NCBI GenBank assembly: GCA_963712745.1
Contig: CAVQJC010000005.1
Coordinates: 64,001 to 128,000 of the forward strand
Reading direction: 5' to 3'
Origin: an uncultured Chloroflexia bacterium
GTDB lineage: Bacteria > Chloroflexota > Limnocylindria > Limnocylindrales > CSP1-4
Length of the DNA: 64,000 nucleotides
Shown here one piece after another: positions 29,138 through 38,071 of this stretch (position 1 is its first letter; each line of letters starts with the position of its first letter). The notes beneath the pieces are model-generated. The model saw nothing but the letters and a program-made list of their open reading frames with translations, did no database searches and had not been told where the DNA came from. Position numbers and translations under genes: made by a program.

Positions 29138-29273
29138 GCTGGGCCCGACGGTGCGCACGGGCGATAGCCAACGGCGCCGCACGAACGCGTCTATCGATCG
29201 AGAACGTGTGCGCCCGTCTGGGTTCGCGATCCGGACCGCTGGCGACAACCGGGGCCTCTGCTCGAGGCGTGAC

Positions 29274-29485
29274 CGTGCTCGCGAACCGCACGATGATCGA
29301 GGCCTTCACCGCTCGGGCCATCTCGCTCAGGACCCCTGAGCCTTCGCCGCTCGAGCCTGGAAGCCTCCCGAAGCATGTGCGCTACCGCTGCGCTACACCC
29401 CGACGGAGTTCGTGCCTGGCTACGGGTACACAGCGGGCCTCGATAGCGACAACGACGGGCCTACAGCGCTCGAACCGCACGATGA
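29274..29485 (-). repeat. tRNA-Pro-derived att-like repeat R9
   Basis: Full copy. Confidence 0.92.
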
Positions 29486-29632
29486 CCCCGAACCGCTCGA
29501 AGTCGTGGACGTTGGACTCCGGTCGCAACAGGCAGACTCAGGGCCCGTGGCCGAATCCGGGTCCCGCGGTGAGGCACGGGTGGACTTGGGCGGTCAGCTC
29601 GCACCCATCCGCAGCTGTCTCGTCGGCGTCGC

Positions 29633-30229
29633 TCAGCGTGGCAGCGGGTTCGGGCCGGTCGCGGTCACGAGCCGCTGTGGCATCCAGTCGTCGACGTGGT
29701 GGAACCCGTCCTCGAACTGACGACCATCGAGCTCGACTGATGCTCGCAGCGAAAGTCGATAGAACTTCACGTGCGTGAAGTCCTCGAACAGGATGTAGAC
29801 GGGGTCGGGTGTGCTGTTCGGGCCTTGGAACTGCTGGCCCGTCAGGACGGGCTTGTGGACTTCGACGAACGTGTCGAACGTGTCGCCCACGACGACGCCG
29901 AGGTGTTCCAGGCCCATCTTGTAGACGCGCTGATGGACCGGGGGAATGAGCTCGATCATCGGAACCTCCTTGTCGTCAAGCGCCTCTAGCGGCTCGGCGG
30001 GAAGGATCAACGAGATCGGCCGACCGTTCCAGAGGTTCTCGAGGTTCGAGGTCGCGTGGCGCTCCAGGAGCGTCCGGACGTGGACGTACTGGTCCCACTC
30101 GGGCACGCGGAACGCAAGGTGGCTAAGCGCGTATGGGGCGATGTCGATGCCGCGCTCCAGTAGGCGGTCGCGCTGTTGGGCCGCGAAGGCTCGGTAGTCC
30201 CCGATGATGTCGCCTACCGGATCGGCCAT
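29633..30229 (-). CDS. VOC/YecM-like protein
   Basis: SHLAFRV, NGRPISLI, IELIPP, GLEHLGVVVG, VKFYRLSL; GAGGAGG RBS. Confidence 0.78.
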   Translation of the reverse strand: MADPVGDIIGDYRAFAAQQRDRLLERGIDIAPYALSHLAFRVPEWDQYVHVRTLLERHATSNLENLWNGRPISLILPAEPLEALDDKEVPMIELIPPVHQRVYKMGLEHLGVVVGDTFDTFVEVHKPVLTGQQFQGPNSTPDPVYILFEDFTHVKFYRLSLRASVELDGRQFEDGFHHVDDWMPQRLVTATGPNPLPR

Positions 30230-30334
30230 CGCCTCCTCCTCTCGGTCGCCATCGTACGATACTGTGCAGCGAATCTGGAAGCTCAGCGGCATCACGCCCA
30301 TCGGCTAGGCAGCCCGTCGCCCGGTGCGGTATGC

Positions 30335-30485
30335 CACGCGCGCGAACCGCACAATGATCGAGGCGTTCGCCGCTCGCGCCGCCGCGCTCAGGACCCCGTC
30401 GCCTTCGCCGCTCGGGCCTGAAGGGCCCCCAAAGCATGCGCGCTGCCGCTGCGCTACACCCCGACGAGATTCGTGCGTGGAGGGG
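30335..30485 (-). repeat. tRNA-Pro-derived att-like repeat R10 (left part; remainder at 31143-31215)
   Basis: Arm plus tRNA half, ends at TCGTGCGTGGA. Confidence 0.88.
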
Positions 30486-30788
30486 AATTGAGCGACTGAT
30501 CGACCGGGAGTGTCCGCCGGCACTGCTTCCATCCGTTGCATCCAGGGCTCACCGAGGACCTGCCCGATTCGCAGCGATTGGCGGACACGGACCATCCGTA
30601 GCTCCCGCCGAGCGTCGAGCGCCCCGAATGACAGCCCTTACAGCTTGCCTGGCCGGCTCGCCTGAGGCATCGTGTGTGCTGCAAGAGCGCAGGCTGACGG
30701 CATGCAGGGGAAGCTGCGCGGGAGGAACCCAGATGAACGCTCCCGACCCCCAACCGCGTGTCGGTGACATAGGCGGAGGTGGGGGCTC

Positions 30789-31012
30789 ATGATCTTGTTG
30801 GCGTTGCTGGCGGTGCTCGGGATCCCGATCTGGCTGGTCGTCGGGGTCCTCATCGCCGTTTGGCAGATCCGGCGCGCGGTGAAGCAACAGCCAGGCGTGT
30901 TCGAGATCCTGGTGCGAGCGGAGGACACGGACAAGTGGCCGCGAGAGCTGAGCTATGGCCGCGTCGTTCGTGATGTCCTCGTAGACAAGCAGGAGGTCGC
31001 TGACGCGGACCA
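30789..31012 (+). pseudogene. Truncated small membrane protein fragment
   Basis: MILLALLAVLGIPIWLVVG..; the frame runs into a partial cassette leader at about 31013. Confidence 0.4.
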
Positions 31013-31142
31013 GCGGCCATGGTCCGCGAGCCGCGCGTCGTCGCCCCCCGCTACCCTCGATTATCCCGTGGCCGCCAAGCCGGGAGTCAGAGTCAGGCGG
31101 CTCGCTCGAGCAGCCAGGCCACCAGCGTCTGGACCCTGCCGC

Positions 31143-31215
31143 GCGTAGATAGGGTACACATCGGGCGGCCCGCCGGCGGTAGCGGAGGGGCCTACAGCGC
31201 TCGAAGCGCACGATA
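31143..31215 (-). repeat. Right (promoter) half of the att-like repeat
   Basis: GCGTAGATAGGGTACACA..GGGCCTACAGCGCTCGAAGCGCACGATA. Confidence 0.8.
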
Positions 31216-31250
31216 GTCGGCCTTCGCTCGACCGCAATGGTTCCGTCTTG

Positions 31251-31859
31251 TCACATGGCCAGGCCTTCCGCTCGGTCGCGGATAGTGAGCATCTGCTTCC
31301 GCACCATCAGGAGCACGACGAGCCCGATCACCCGCATGGCGGCCGCACTCACGCGACGCGGGAGGGCCGGACGAGACCGGATGCGCTCGACGAGACGGGA
31401 CCGCCGGCCGCCCTCCATCGGCTCGAGGATGAAGGCCCAGCTCCAGCTGCCGGCGATGTCGCTGTAGAGGACCAGTGTCCGCTCGGGCTCGAGCTCGCGT
31501 ACGACCCACTCGTTGATGGGGTCGCCCACCGTCAGGTCCTGCCACTCGGGCACGATGCGGTCGGCCCCTTTGCGGTGCGGGAGGCCGAACACCGAGTAGC
31601 TGTACTCGCCACCCCGGTCATCGCCCATCTGCACGAGCCACGGCCAGACGGCCGACGGCGGGGCCGCGATCTCGAGGGTTCGCGTGTCGACGGCGACCGG
31701 GTCCACCACGAGGTCATCACCGGGTAGCGCACTGGCACTCAAGACGGGATCGATACCCCACGAGACCATGCGCTCCCAGATGCCGCTGAGATGCAGCGCC
31801 GTCGCCGCCGTCCCTACCACGCCGACGGTCGCCAAGCCGATCGCCAGCACCTTGCCCAT
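31251..31859 (-). CDS. SRPBCC family protein
   Basis: ALPGDDLV, IAAPPSAVWPWLVQMG..RGGEYSY, ADRIVPEWQDL. Confidence 0.8.
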   Translation of the reverse strand: MGKVLAIGLATVGVVGTAATALHLSGIWERMVSWGIDPVLSASALPGDDLVVDPVAVDTRTLEIAAPPSAVWPWLVQMGDDRGGEYSYSVFGLPHRKGADRIVPEWQDLTVGDPINEWVVRELEPERTLVLYSDIAGSWSWAFILEPMEGGRRSRLVERIRSRPALPRRVSAAAMRVIGLVVLLMVRKQMLTIRDRAEGLAM

Positions 31860-33477
31860 GGGCCACCTCCCTTCGAATCGGTCGGGCGATCCGTTGAGCG
31901 TCGCTCAGGTGACGACCACCTCTCGGTGATTCCGTTGCCTCGCTCGCATCCCCCGCCGCAGATGCGGCCGGCTTGGTGGCGTGCACCAGCCTGGACTTGT
32001 ACGCGACCGGCAGGACCGAGAGCGCGACGTCGACGAAGCCGGCCTCCTCCACGAGGCGCTGCGCATCGGCATCGCTCCAGTTCCAGACGCCCCAGGCGTT
32101 GCGCGCGCCTGATTCGTCCGTCGCGCCCCAGCCGGGCTTGACGTGCTCGCCCAACGTGAAGACCGCCCGTCCGCCGGGCCGAAGGACGCGACACATCTCC
32201 CGCAGCGTGCCCTCGGGGTCGCCGATGTGCTTGAGCACCTCGAGCGAGGTGACGACGCTGAAGCGGCCGTCCTCCCAGGGCAGGTCCGCCGCGTCACCGA
32301 GGACGATCTCGGCCGTGCCTGCCGCGATGCGCTTCGACAAACGCTTGCGCGCCATCCTGACCTGGATCTCCGAGATGTCGAGGCCGGCCACGTGGCGGAC
32401 GTGCGCCGCATGCTCCGCGAGGAGCCTGCCCGACCCGCAGCCGACGTCGAGGAGCTCATCGTCGGGCCGGAGGCGAAGCTCAGCCGCCATGGCCCGTGTG
32501 TATTGCTGCATGGCCGACCCCATCACCCGGGCGCCGACCAACCCGACGGCCCCGCGCGGCTCCCCGAACAAGCGGCTCCAGAACTCCCTGCGATAGCCGA
32601 TCGATCGTCCGCCTCGTCGGGTCTTCGCTCGCATCCGCTCCACCCTCGCAGGCGAGGGTGCGGCTTCGGGTCGCAGCTCCGTCGGCAATTCCTGTCCGGT
32701 CAGCCAGGCCTCGACCATGCGGACGTGCAGGTCGGGTGCCGTGAGCTGCCAGCAATGCCCCAGACCGGGCGCGTACCACGCCTCGGCGTCCTGCATGACG
32801 GCCGCCAGTGCCGCATTGGAGGCTCGGACGCCGAGTCCGTCGAGGTCATCGGTCTCCGCCTCCCCGGCGACGAGGAGCGTCGGGCACGACGCGCCGGTCG
32901 CGGCATAGGACCGGAAGGCGTCGGCGACTGTGCCCAGGTACGCCCGGCGCGACGCGGCGCGCACATCCTCCTCGCCCAGGAGTTCACCGAGCCTCCTGAC
33001 CACTGGCCGGGTGTGAAGGAACGGCGTCACCATGACGGTGGCCAGGAGCGTCAGGGCACGCGCGCCCCTCGGGACGATGACTGGGACGCCATCGGTGATC
33101 GCCCGCTGGACGCGGTCGGGGTGGCGGTCCAGCAGGGCATGGATGACCACGCCACCCGAGCAGAGACCGACCACGCTCGCGCGACCCGAAGGGACGTGCG
33201 ACCCGATGAGCGCGGCCACGATGTCCGCCGTCTTCCGCAGCGACGCTGCGGGCAGGTGATTGCTGCGCCCGAACCCAGGCAGATCCGGGGCCAGGCAGTA
33301 GAAGTCGGTGAGGCCCGTCATGTGCGTTCGCCAGAACCGGGCACTCTGGCCGGCCCCGTGGAGGAAGACGACAGCTGGGGACTTCGGGTCGCCAGACGCC
33401 TCCACGTACATGCCATGGGGCCCGGGCTCCGCCTTGCGGACCGTGGCGGAGTGGTCGATCACTTCGGGCGCGCTCAT
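31717..33477 (-). CDS. Alpha/beta hydrolase-methyltransferase fusion (C-terminal read-through overlaps next gene)
   Basis: N-terminal half near-identical to 23203-24072; C-terminal half LLDVGCGSG..GDAADLPW..RVLRPGG. Confidence 0.8.
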   Translation of the reverse strand: MSAPEVIDHSATVRKAEPGPHGMYVEASGDPKSPAVVFLHGAGQSARFWRTHMTGLTDFYCLAPDLPGFGRSNHLPAASLRKTADIVAALIGSHVPSGRASVVGLCSGGVVIHALLDRHPDRVQRAITDGVPVIVPRGARALTLLATVMVTPFLHTRPVVRRLGELLGEEDVRAASRRAYLGTVADAFRSYAATGASCPTLLVAGEAETDDLDGLGVRASNAALAAVMQDAEAWYAPGLGHCWQLTAPDLHVRMVEAWLTGQELPTELRPEAAPSPARVERMRAKTRRGGRSIGYRREFWSRLFGEPRGAVGLVGARVMGSAMQQYTRAMAAELRLRPDDELLDVGCGSGRLLAEHAAHVRHVAGLDISEIQVRMARKRLSKRIAAGTAEIVLGDAADLPWEDGRFSVVTSLEVLKHIGDPEGTLREMCRVLRPGGRAVFTLGEHVKPGWGATDESGARNAWGVWNWSDADAQRLVEEAGFVDVALSVLPVAYKSRLVHATKPAASAAGDASEATESPRGGRHLSDAQRIARPIRREVAHGQGAGDRLGDRRRGRDGGDGAASQRHLGAHGLVGYRSRLECQCATR

Positions 33478-34034
33478 GCCACGGACGCCTTGACGGGATC
33501 TGCTCGCTCTGGGGCGCTGGCCACCGCGGTGGATGCCGGTTTGACAGCCCGGATCAGCTGGGACTTGGAGGGCACCGGCAAGACCGAGATGCTGACGTCA
33601 GTGAAGCCCGCCTCCTCGACGAGCCTGGCCGCGTCGGCATCGCTCCAGCACCAGATGCCCAGGCGCTCTGCGTACCCGAGGGGGCCGATCCGAACCACGC
33701 CTGACTGTCGTCGCTCATGGTGATGATCGCCCGGCCACCGGGTGGCACGACGCGGTGCATCTCCGCCAGGACCATGGATGGGTCGGACACGAACTTCATG
33801 GCGTCGAGGGAGGTGATGACGCTGAAGCGACCGTCCTCCCACGGCAGCGACGAAGAGCCTGCCCGAGCCACAGCCGACGTCGAGCAACTCGTCGTCAGCC
33901 TGGAGGTCGAGCTTGGCAGCCATGGAGCGGTAGTACTTGCCCTTCATCGACACCATCATCCGGGCGCCGACCCGTCCGCTCAGGCCGCTCGGCTTTCCGA
34001 AGAATGGGGTCCAGGACCTGCGGCGCAGACCCAT
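33474..34034 (-). pseudogene. Class I methyltransferase with internal deletion and frameshifts
   Basis: DVGCGSGRLFV jumps directly to LPWEDGRFSVITSLDAMKF in another frame; the segment present in paralogs is missing. Confidence 0.8.
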
Positions 34035-34158
34035 CGCACGTCCCCCCATGCGCACGGGCCGGGTTCGCCAGTGGCTCCGCGCGGCCCTCAGCGGCCATGG
34101 TCGACAGGCCGCGCGTCATCGCCTCCCGCTACTGACGATTATCCCGTGGCCGCCAAGC
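34035..34158 (-). promoter_or_regulatory. Conserved cassette leader, copy 4
   Basis: Same motif; near-identical to 37472-37595. Confidence 0.65.
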
Positions 34159-34224
34159 CCGGAGTCAGAGTCAGGCGGCTCGCTCGGACAGCCAGGCCAT
34201 CAGCGTCTGGAATCTGCGGCGGCT

Positions 34225-34433
34225 CACGCTCGCGAACCGCACGATGATCGAGGCCTTCGCCGCTCCGGCCGCCAGGCTCAGGGTCGCGGAGCCTTCGCCG
34301 CTCGAGCCCGAAAGGCTCCCAAAGCATGTGCGCTACCGCTGCGCTGCACCCCGACGAGTTCGTGCGTGCATTGGGTGCACAGCGCGGCTCGAGAGTGATG
34401 CCGAGGGGCCTACAGCGCTCGAACCGCACGATA
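34225..34433 (-). repeat. tRNA-Pro-derived att-like repeat R11
   Basis: Full copy. Confidence 0.92.
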
Positions 34434-34511
34434 GCCCTTGGGCGTTCGAGGTGGTGCACCGCGACGGGGCTCACCCTCGCCGATGCAGGTTTCCCGTGGC
34501 GACGAGCGGAC

Positions 34512-36008
34512 TCAGGCGTGCAGGAACTCGGGTTCGACGTGAACTGGTTCACCCCGACTCACCCGGAAGTCGCAGCGTCGGCCGCCTTGCGCGATGGTCT
34601 CGGTGCGGTCGAGCCGCAGGCCCATCGCGGCGAACTGGGGATAGTCGATCCAGCACAGGTACTCGGCGAGCTCGGGGGCACCCTCGTGTTCGAGGTACTT
34701 CACGGCCCCACACTCGATGCAGTCCAGCCCCATCCCCGAGTCGCTCCCGTCGCCTTCGACGACCTCGTACACCCAATCCCCGGGATAGCGGCGTTCCTGG
34801 CTGGTGGCCGCGATGCGTCTCCACAGGTCGACACCCTTCTGGCTCAGGAAACCTCGGCCCTGCAAACGCATCAGCCAGCGCGTCGGGACGGACTGGTAGA
34901 AGCCCACTTCCCCGAGGTGGATGAGGCGGGCCGCTTGCTCGACCGATGCCCCACGCGCCCGGAGGGTTCGGTACATCGCCAGCTTGGCAGCGATCTTGAC
35001 GAGGGTGATGGTGAAGGCGTTCTTGCCGCCGCCGATGTAGGGGATGTCCGGCAGCAGGACCTCGAAGCGCCCGAGCGCCTCTTTGACGATGGCCTCCCCT
35101 GCTGCCTTGCCGTAGGCCTGGGCGAGGGGCTTGCGGAAGGGCCGGAAGTAGAACCTCACCAGCCGCATGAGCCGACCCTTGTGCCTGAGATACCAGAACT
35201 CGGGGCCCATGCGCCGGACCTGCTCGATCTTGGCCGGCGAGGGAGCGGCTTCTCGACGGAGCTCGGACGGCAGCTCTCGTCCGCTGACCCAGGCCTCGAC
35301 CGTGCGGATGTGCAGGTCGGGATCGGCTTTCTGCCAGCAGTGCTTGAGGCCGGGGACATACCAGGCCTCGGCCCGGGGCAGGACCTCGGCCAGGGCGGCG
35401 TTCATCGATCGGACCACGCTCTCCTTCTCGCCGGCGATGAGCAGGGCAGGGCTCGGCGCATCGAGGGCTGCGAACTCCCCGAAGATCTCCCCCACGACGC
35501 GCCCGAACTCCAGGCGTGATGCGACCCGCAGGTCCTCCGGGTCGTGGGTGTCGCGGAAGAACGACTTGAGCGGGCGCGTGTGGATGAATGGCGCCATGGC
35601 AAGCATGCACAGACGCATGATCGCGCGGCCGATGCGCGGCGTGCCAAAGGGGGGCGAGCCGTCGATGACAGCCCGCTCGACGCGCTCGGGGTGGCGATCG
35701 AGCAGGGCGTGGATGTGCAGCCCGCCCGAGGAGATCCCCACGACGCTGGCACGTTTCGCGGGGACGCGCTCCTCGATGAGGCGAGCCAGCAGGTCCGCCA
35801 CGCGCTCCTTGGTCGCCGACCCGAGATGGTTGCTGCGCCCGAAGCCGGGCAGATCCGGCGCCAGGCAGTGGAAGCCAGAGAGCCTGTCCATGTGCTGCCG
35901 CCACTCGCGGCTGCTCTGGCCGGCCCCGTGGATGAAGACGATGGCCGGCGAGCCCGGGGTCCCGGACTCCTCGACATGCAGGCCATCAGGAGAACGCCGC
36001 TCACTCAT
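34512..36008 (-). CDS. Alpha/beta hydrolase fused to L-2-amino-thiazoline-4-carboxylic acid hydrolase-like domain
   Basis: FIHGAGQS, VGISSGG; C-terminus LLPDIPYIGG, YPGDW, ECGAVKYL, YLCWIDY, RTETIAQGGRRCDFR. Confidence 0.8.
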   Translation of the reverse strand: MSERRSPDGLHVEESGTPGSPAIVFIHGAGQSSREWRQHMDRLSGFHCLAPDLPGFGRSNHLGSATKERVADLLARLIEERVPAKRASVVGISSGGLHIHALLDRHPERVERAVIDGSPPFGTPRIGRAIMRLCMLAMAPFIHTRPLKSFFRDTHDPEDLRVASRLEFGRVVGEIFGEFAALDAPSPALLIAGEKESVVRSMNAALAEVLPRAEAWYVPGLKHCWQKADPDLHIRTVEAWVSGRELPSELRREAAPSPAKIEQVRRMGPEFWYLRHKGRLMRLVRFYFRPFRKPLAQAYGKAAGEAIVKEALGRFEVLLPDIPYIGGGKNAFTITLVKIAAKLAMYRTLRARGASVEQAARLIHLGEVGFYQSVPTRWLMRLQGRGFLSQKGVDLWRRIAATSQERRYPGDWVYEVVEGDGSDSGMGLDCIECGAVKYLEHEGAPELAEYLCWIDYPQFAAMGLRLDRTETIAQGGRRCDFRVSRGEPVHVEPEFLHA

Positions 36009-36042
36009 CTCGTCACCTCCTACAAGGACGCGAACATGGGGT

Positions 36043-36783
36043 TCACCGTTTTGGCCGAGCAAGGTGGCCGACCCCCACCTCGCGCGCGGCAGCGACGGCG
36101 GCCGCGACACCGTCGGTCCAGGGTTCCCCGTGGCCGGGCAGCAACCAGTGCGCCTCGAGCTCTTCGATGCTCGCGAGCGAGGCCAGCGCTTCATCGGGGT
36201 CGGCAGCGAAGGGACAGATCTGCGGACCACGGCGCTCGGTGATGACCGCGTCCGTCGCCAGCGCGTCGCCCACGAAGAGGGCGTCGTGTTCCGGCGCATG
36301 GAAGGTGACGCTGCCATGCGTGTGTCCGGGTGTGTGGATGACGCGCAGCGCGCCCGGTACGTCGAGCGTCGTGCCCGGGTCGAAGGTGCCGACCTCCATC
36401 AGCGCCGTGGTACGCATCGCGCCGTGACGCATGAGCCACAGCAGATAGTGCAGCAGCGATCGCAGCCGGCGTTCACCCATGCCGGCGCTCGGGTTGCCGA
36501 CCTCGCCCCGGGCCAGGGCAGCATCCAGCTCGTGGATGCTGACGGGCACGTCGCGCTCGGCACGCAATCGTTCGGCGAACCCGATGTGGTCGTCGTGGCC
36601 GTGGGTCAGCACGACGGCGCGAACATCCTCGATCGTGCGGCCCATGGCCGCGAGCTCACCTGGCAGTTCGCCGTAGTACGCGGGCACACCCGCGTCGATG
36701 ATGGTGACCTCGCCAGCTTCCTCGAGGAGATAGCAGCTGACGATCGCTTCGCCGAGCCGATGCAGGGATGGGGCGAGTCGCAT
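36043..36783 (-). CDS. MBL-fold metallo-hydrolase
   Basis: IIDAG, LTHGHDDHIG, HTPGHTHGS, FVGDAL, LLPGHG. Confidence 0.9.
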   Translation of the reverse strand: MRLAPSLHRLGEAIVSCYLLEEAGEVTIIDAGVPAYYGELPGELAAMGRTIEDVRAVVLTHGHDDHIGFAERLRAERDVPVSIHELDAALARGEVGNPSAGMGERRLRSLLHYLLWLMRHGAMRTTALMEVGTFDPGTTLDVPGALRVIHTPGHTHGSVTFHAPEHDALFVGDALATDAVITERRGPQICPFAADPDEALASLASIEELEAHWLLPGHGEPWTDGVAAAVAAAREVGVGHLARPKR

Positions 36784-36793
36784 CGGATCGGCC

Positions 36794-37471
36794 TCACGCC
36801 ACGCTCTCAGCCGTCGTGGTTGTCGCCTCGGCCGCTGTTGCCGCCGACTTCACGCCTCGGGCCAGCAGGGCCTTGGAGAACACCGACATCACCGAGACGG
36901 TGACATCGCCGAAGCCGGCCGCCTCCACCAGCCGTTGCGCGGCGTCGTCGGTCCACTGCCACTGGCCGAAGCCGTCCACCACCGCCTCGGTCGACCCTTC
37001 CGGAGCGTACCCAGCCTCACCCATCGTGACCGCCATCCGACCACCCGGGCGCAGGACCCGGTGCATCTCCCGCAGCGTTGCCAGCGGGTCGGGCACGAAC
37101 TTGAGGGCATTGACCGACGTGACCGCGCTGAATCGGTCGTCCTCCCAGGGCAAGTTGTCGGCATCGCCCTTGACGATCTCCGCGGTGCCCGCGGCGATGC
37201 GCTCAGCCAGGCGCCTACGTGCTATCTCGAGCTGCAGCTCCGAGGCGTCGAGGCCGGCGACGAAGCGCACGTGCCCCGCGTGGTCGACGAACAGGGTGGC
37301 CGAGCCACAGCCGACGTCGAGCAGCTCATCGTCCGGCTGGAAGTCCAGCTCCGCAGCGATCTGGGTGTGGAACGGACGGCTGCTCCTCGGCATCAGCCGG
37401 ACGCCGAGCCGCCCAGGCATGCCGTGCGGCACCCCGAAGAACGACATCCACCAGCTTCGGCGCAGACCCAT
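36794..37471 (-). CDS. Class I SAM-dependent methyltransferase (close paralog of 12134-12778)
   Basis: MGLRRSWWMSFFGVPHG.., LLDVGCGSA. Confidence 0.9.
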   Translation of the reverse strand: MGLRRSWWMSFFGVPHGMPGRLGVRLMPRSSRPFHTQIAAELDFQPDDELLDVGCGSATLFVDHAGHVRFVAGLDASELQLEIARRRLAERIAAGTAEIVKGDADNLPWEDDRFSAVTSVNALKFVPDPLATLREMHRVLRPGGRMAVTMGEAGYAPEGSTEAVVDGFGQWQWTDDAAQRLVEAAGFGDVTVSVMSVFSKALLARGVKSAATAAEATTTTAESVA

Positions 37472-37595
37472 CGCACGTCCCCCCATGCGCACGGGCCGGG
37501 TTCGCCAGTGGCTCCGCGCGGCCCTCAGCGGCCATGGTCGACAGGCCGCGCGTCATCGCCTCCCGCTACTGACGATTATCCCGTGGCCGCCAAGC
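37472..37595 (-). promoter_or_regulatory. Conserved cassette leader, copy 5
   Basis: Same motif. Confidence 0.65.
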
Positions 37596-37661
37596 CCGGA
37601 GTCAGAGTCAGGCGGCTCGCTCGGACAGCCAGGCCATCAGCGTCTGGAATCTGCGGCGGCT

Positions 37662-37759
37662 CACGCTCGCGAACCGCACGATGATCGAGGCCTTCGCCGC
37701 TCCGGCCGCCAGGCTCAGGGCCGCGGAGCCTTCGCCGCTCGAGCCTGAAAGGCTCCCAA
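37662..37759 (-). repeat. att-like repeat R12, arm only, ending in the anticodon loop
   Basis: ..GAGCCTGAAAGGCTCCCAA followed by unrelated sequence. Confidence 0.85.
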
Positions 37760-38071
37760 GCGGACACCACTCGCGCGTCGCCGAGCGGCGCGACCTACCC
37801 CACCTTCGTTCCACGTACGATGCGCATGTCCTCCATCTTCGCGAGCCGGTTGAGCGCCCGAAGGAAGCGGCTGGATGCGCTCGCGGCGCCGTGACCGAGA
37901 CGTCCGGTCGCCTTGGCACAGGGGACGAGCGTGCCCCGCTCTGGGCGATCGTCTGCTGTGCTGATCGAAGTGGAGCGGCTCTCCCTACGTGCTCGAGCCG
38001 TCATACGCGACGTGCGCTGACGTGGCACCCAGCGATGACACGACCAACACACGTCGAGCGAGAACGGGTCG

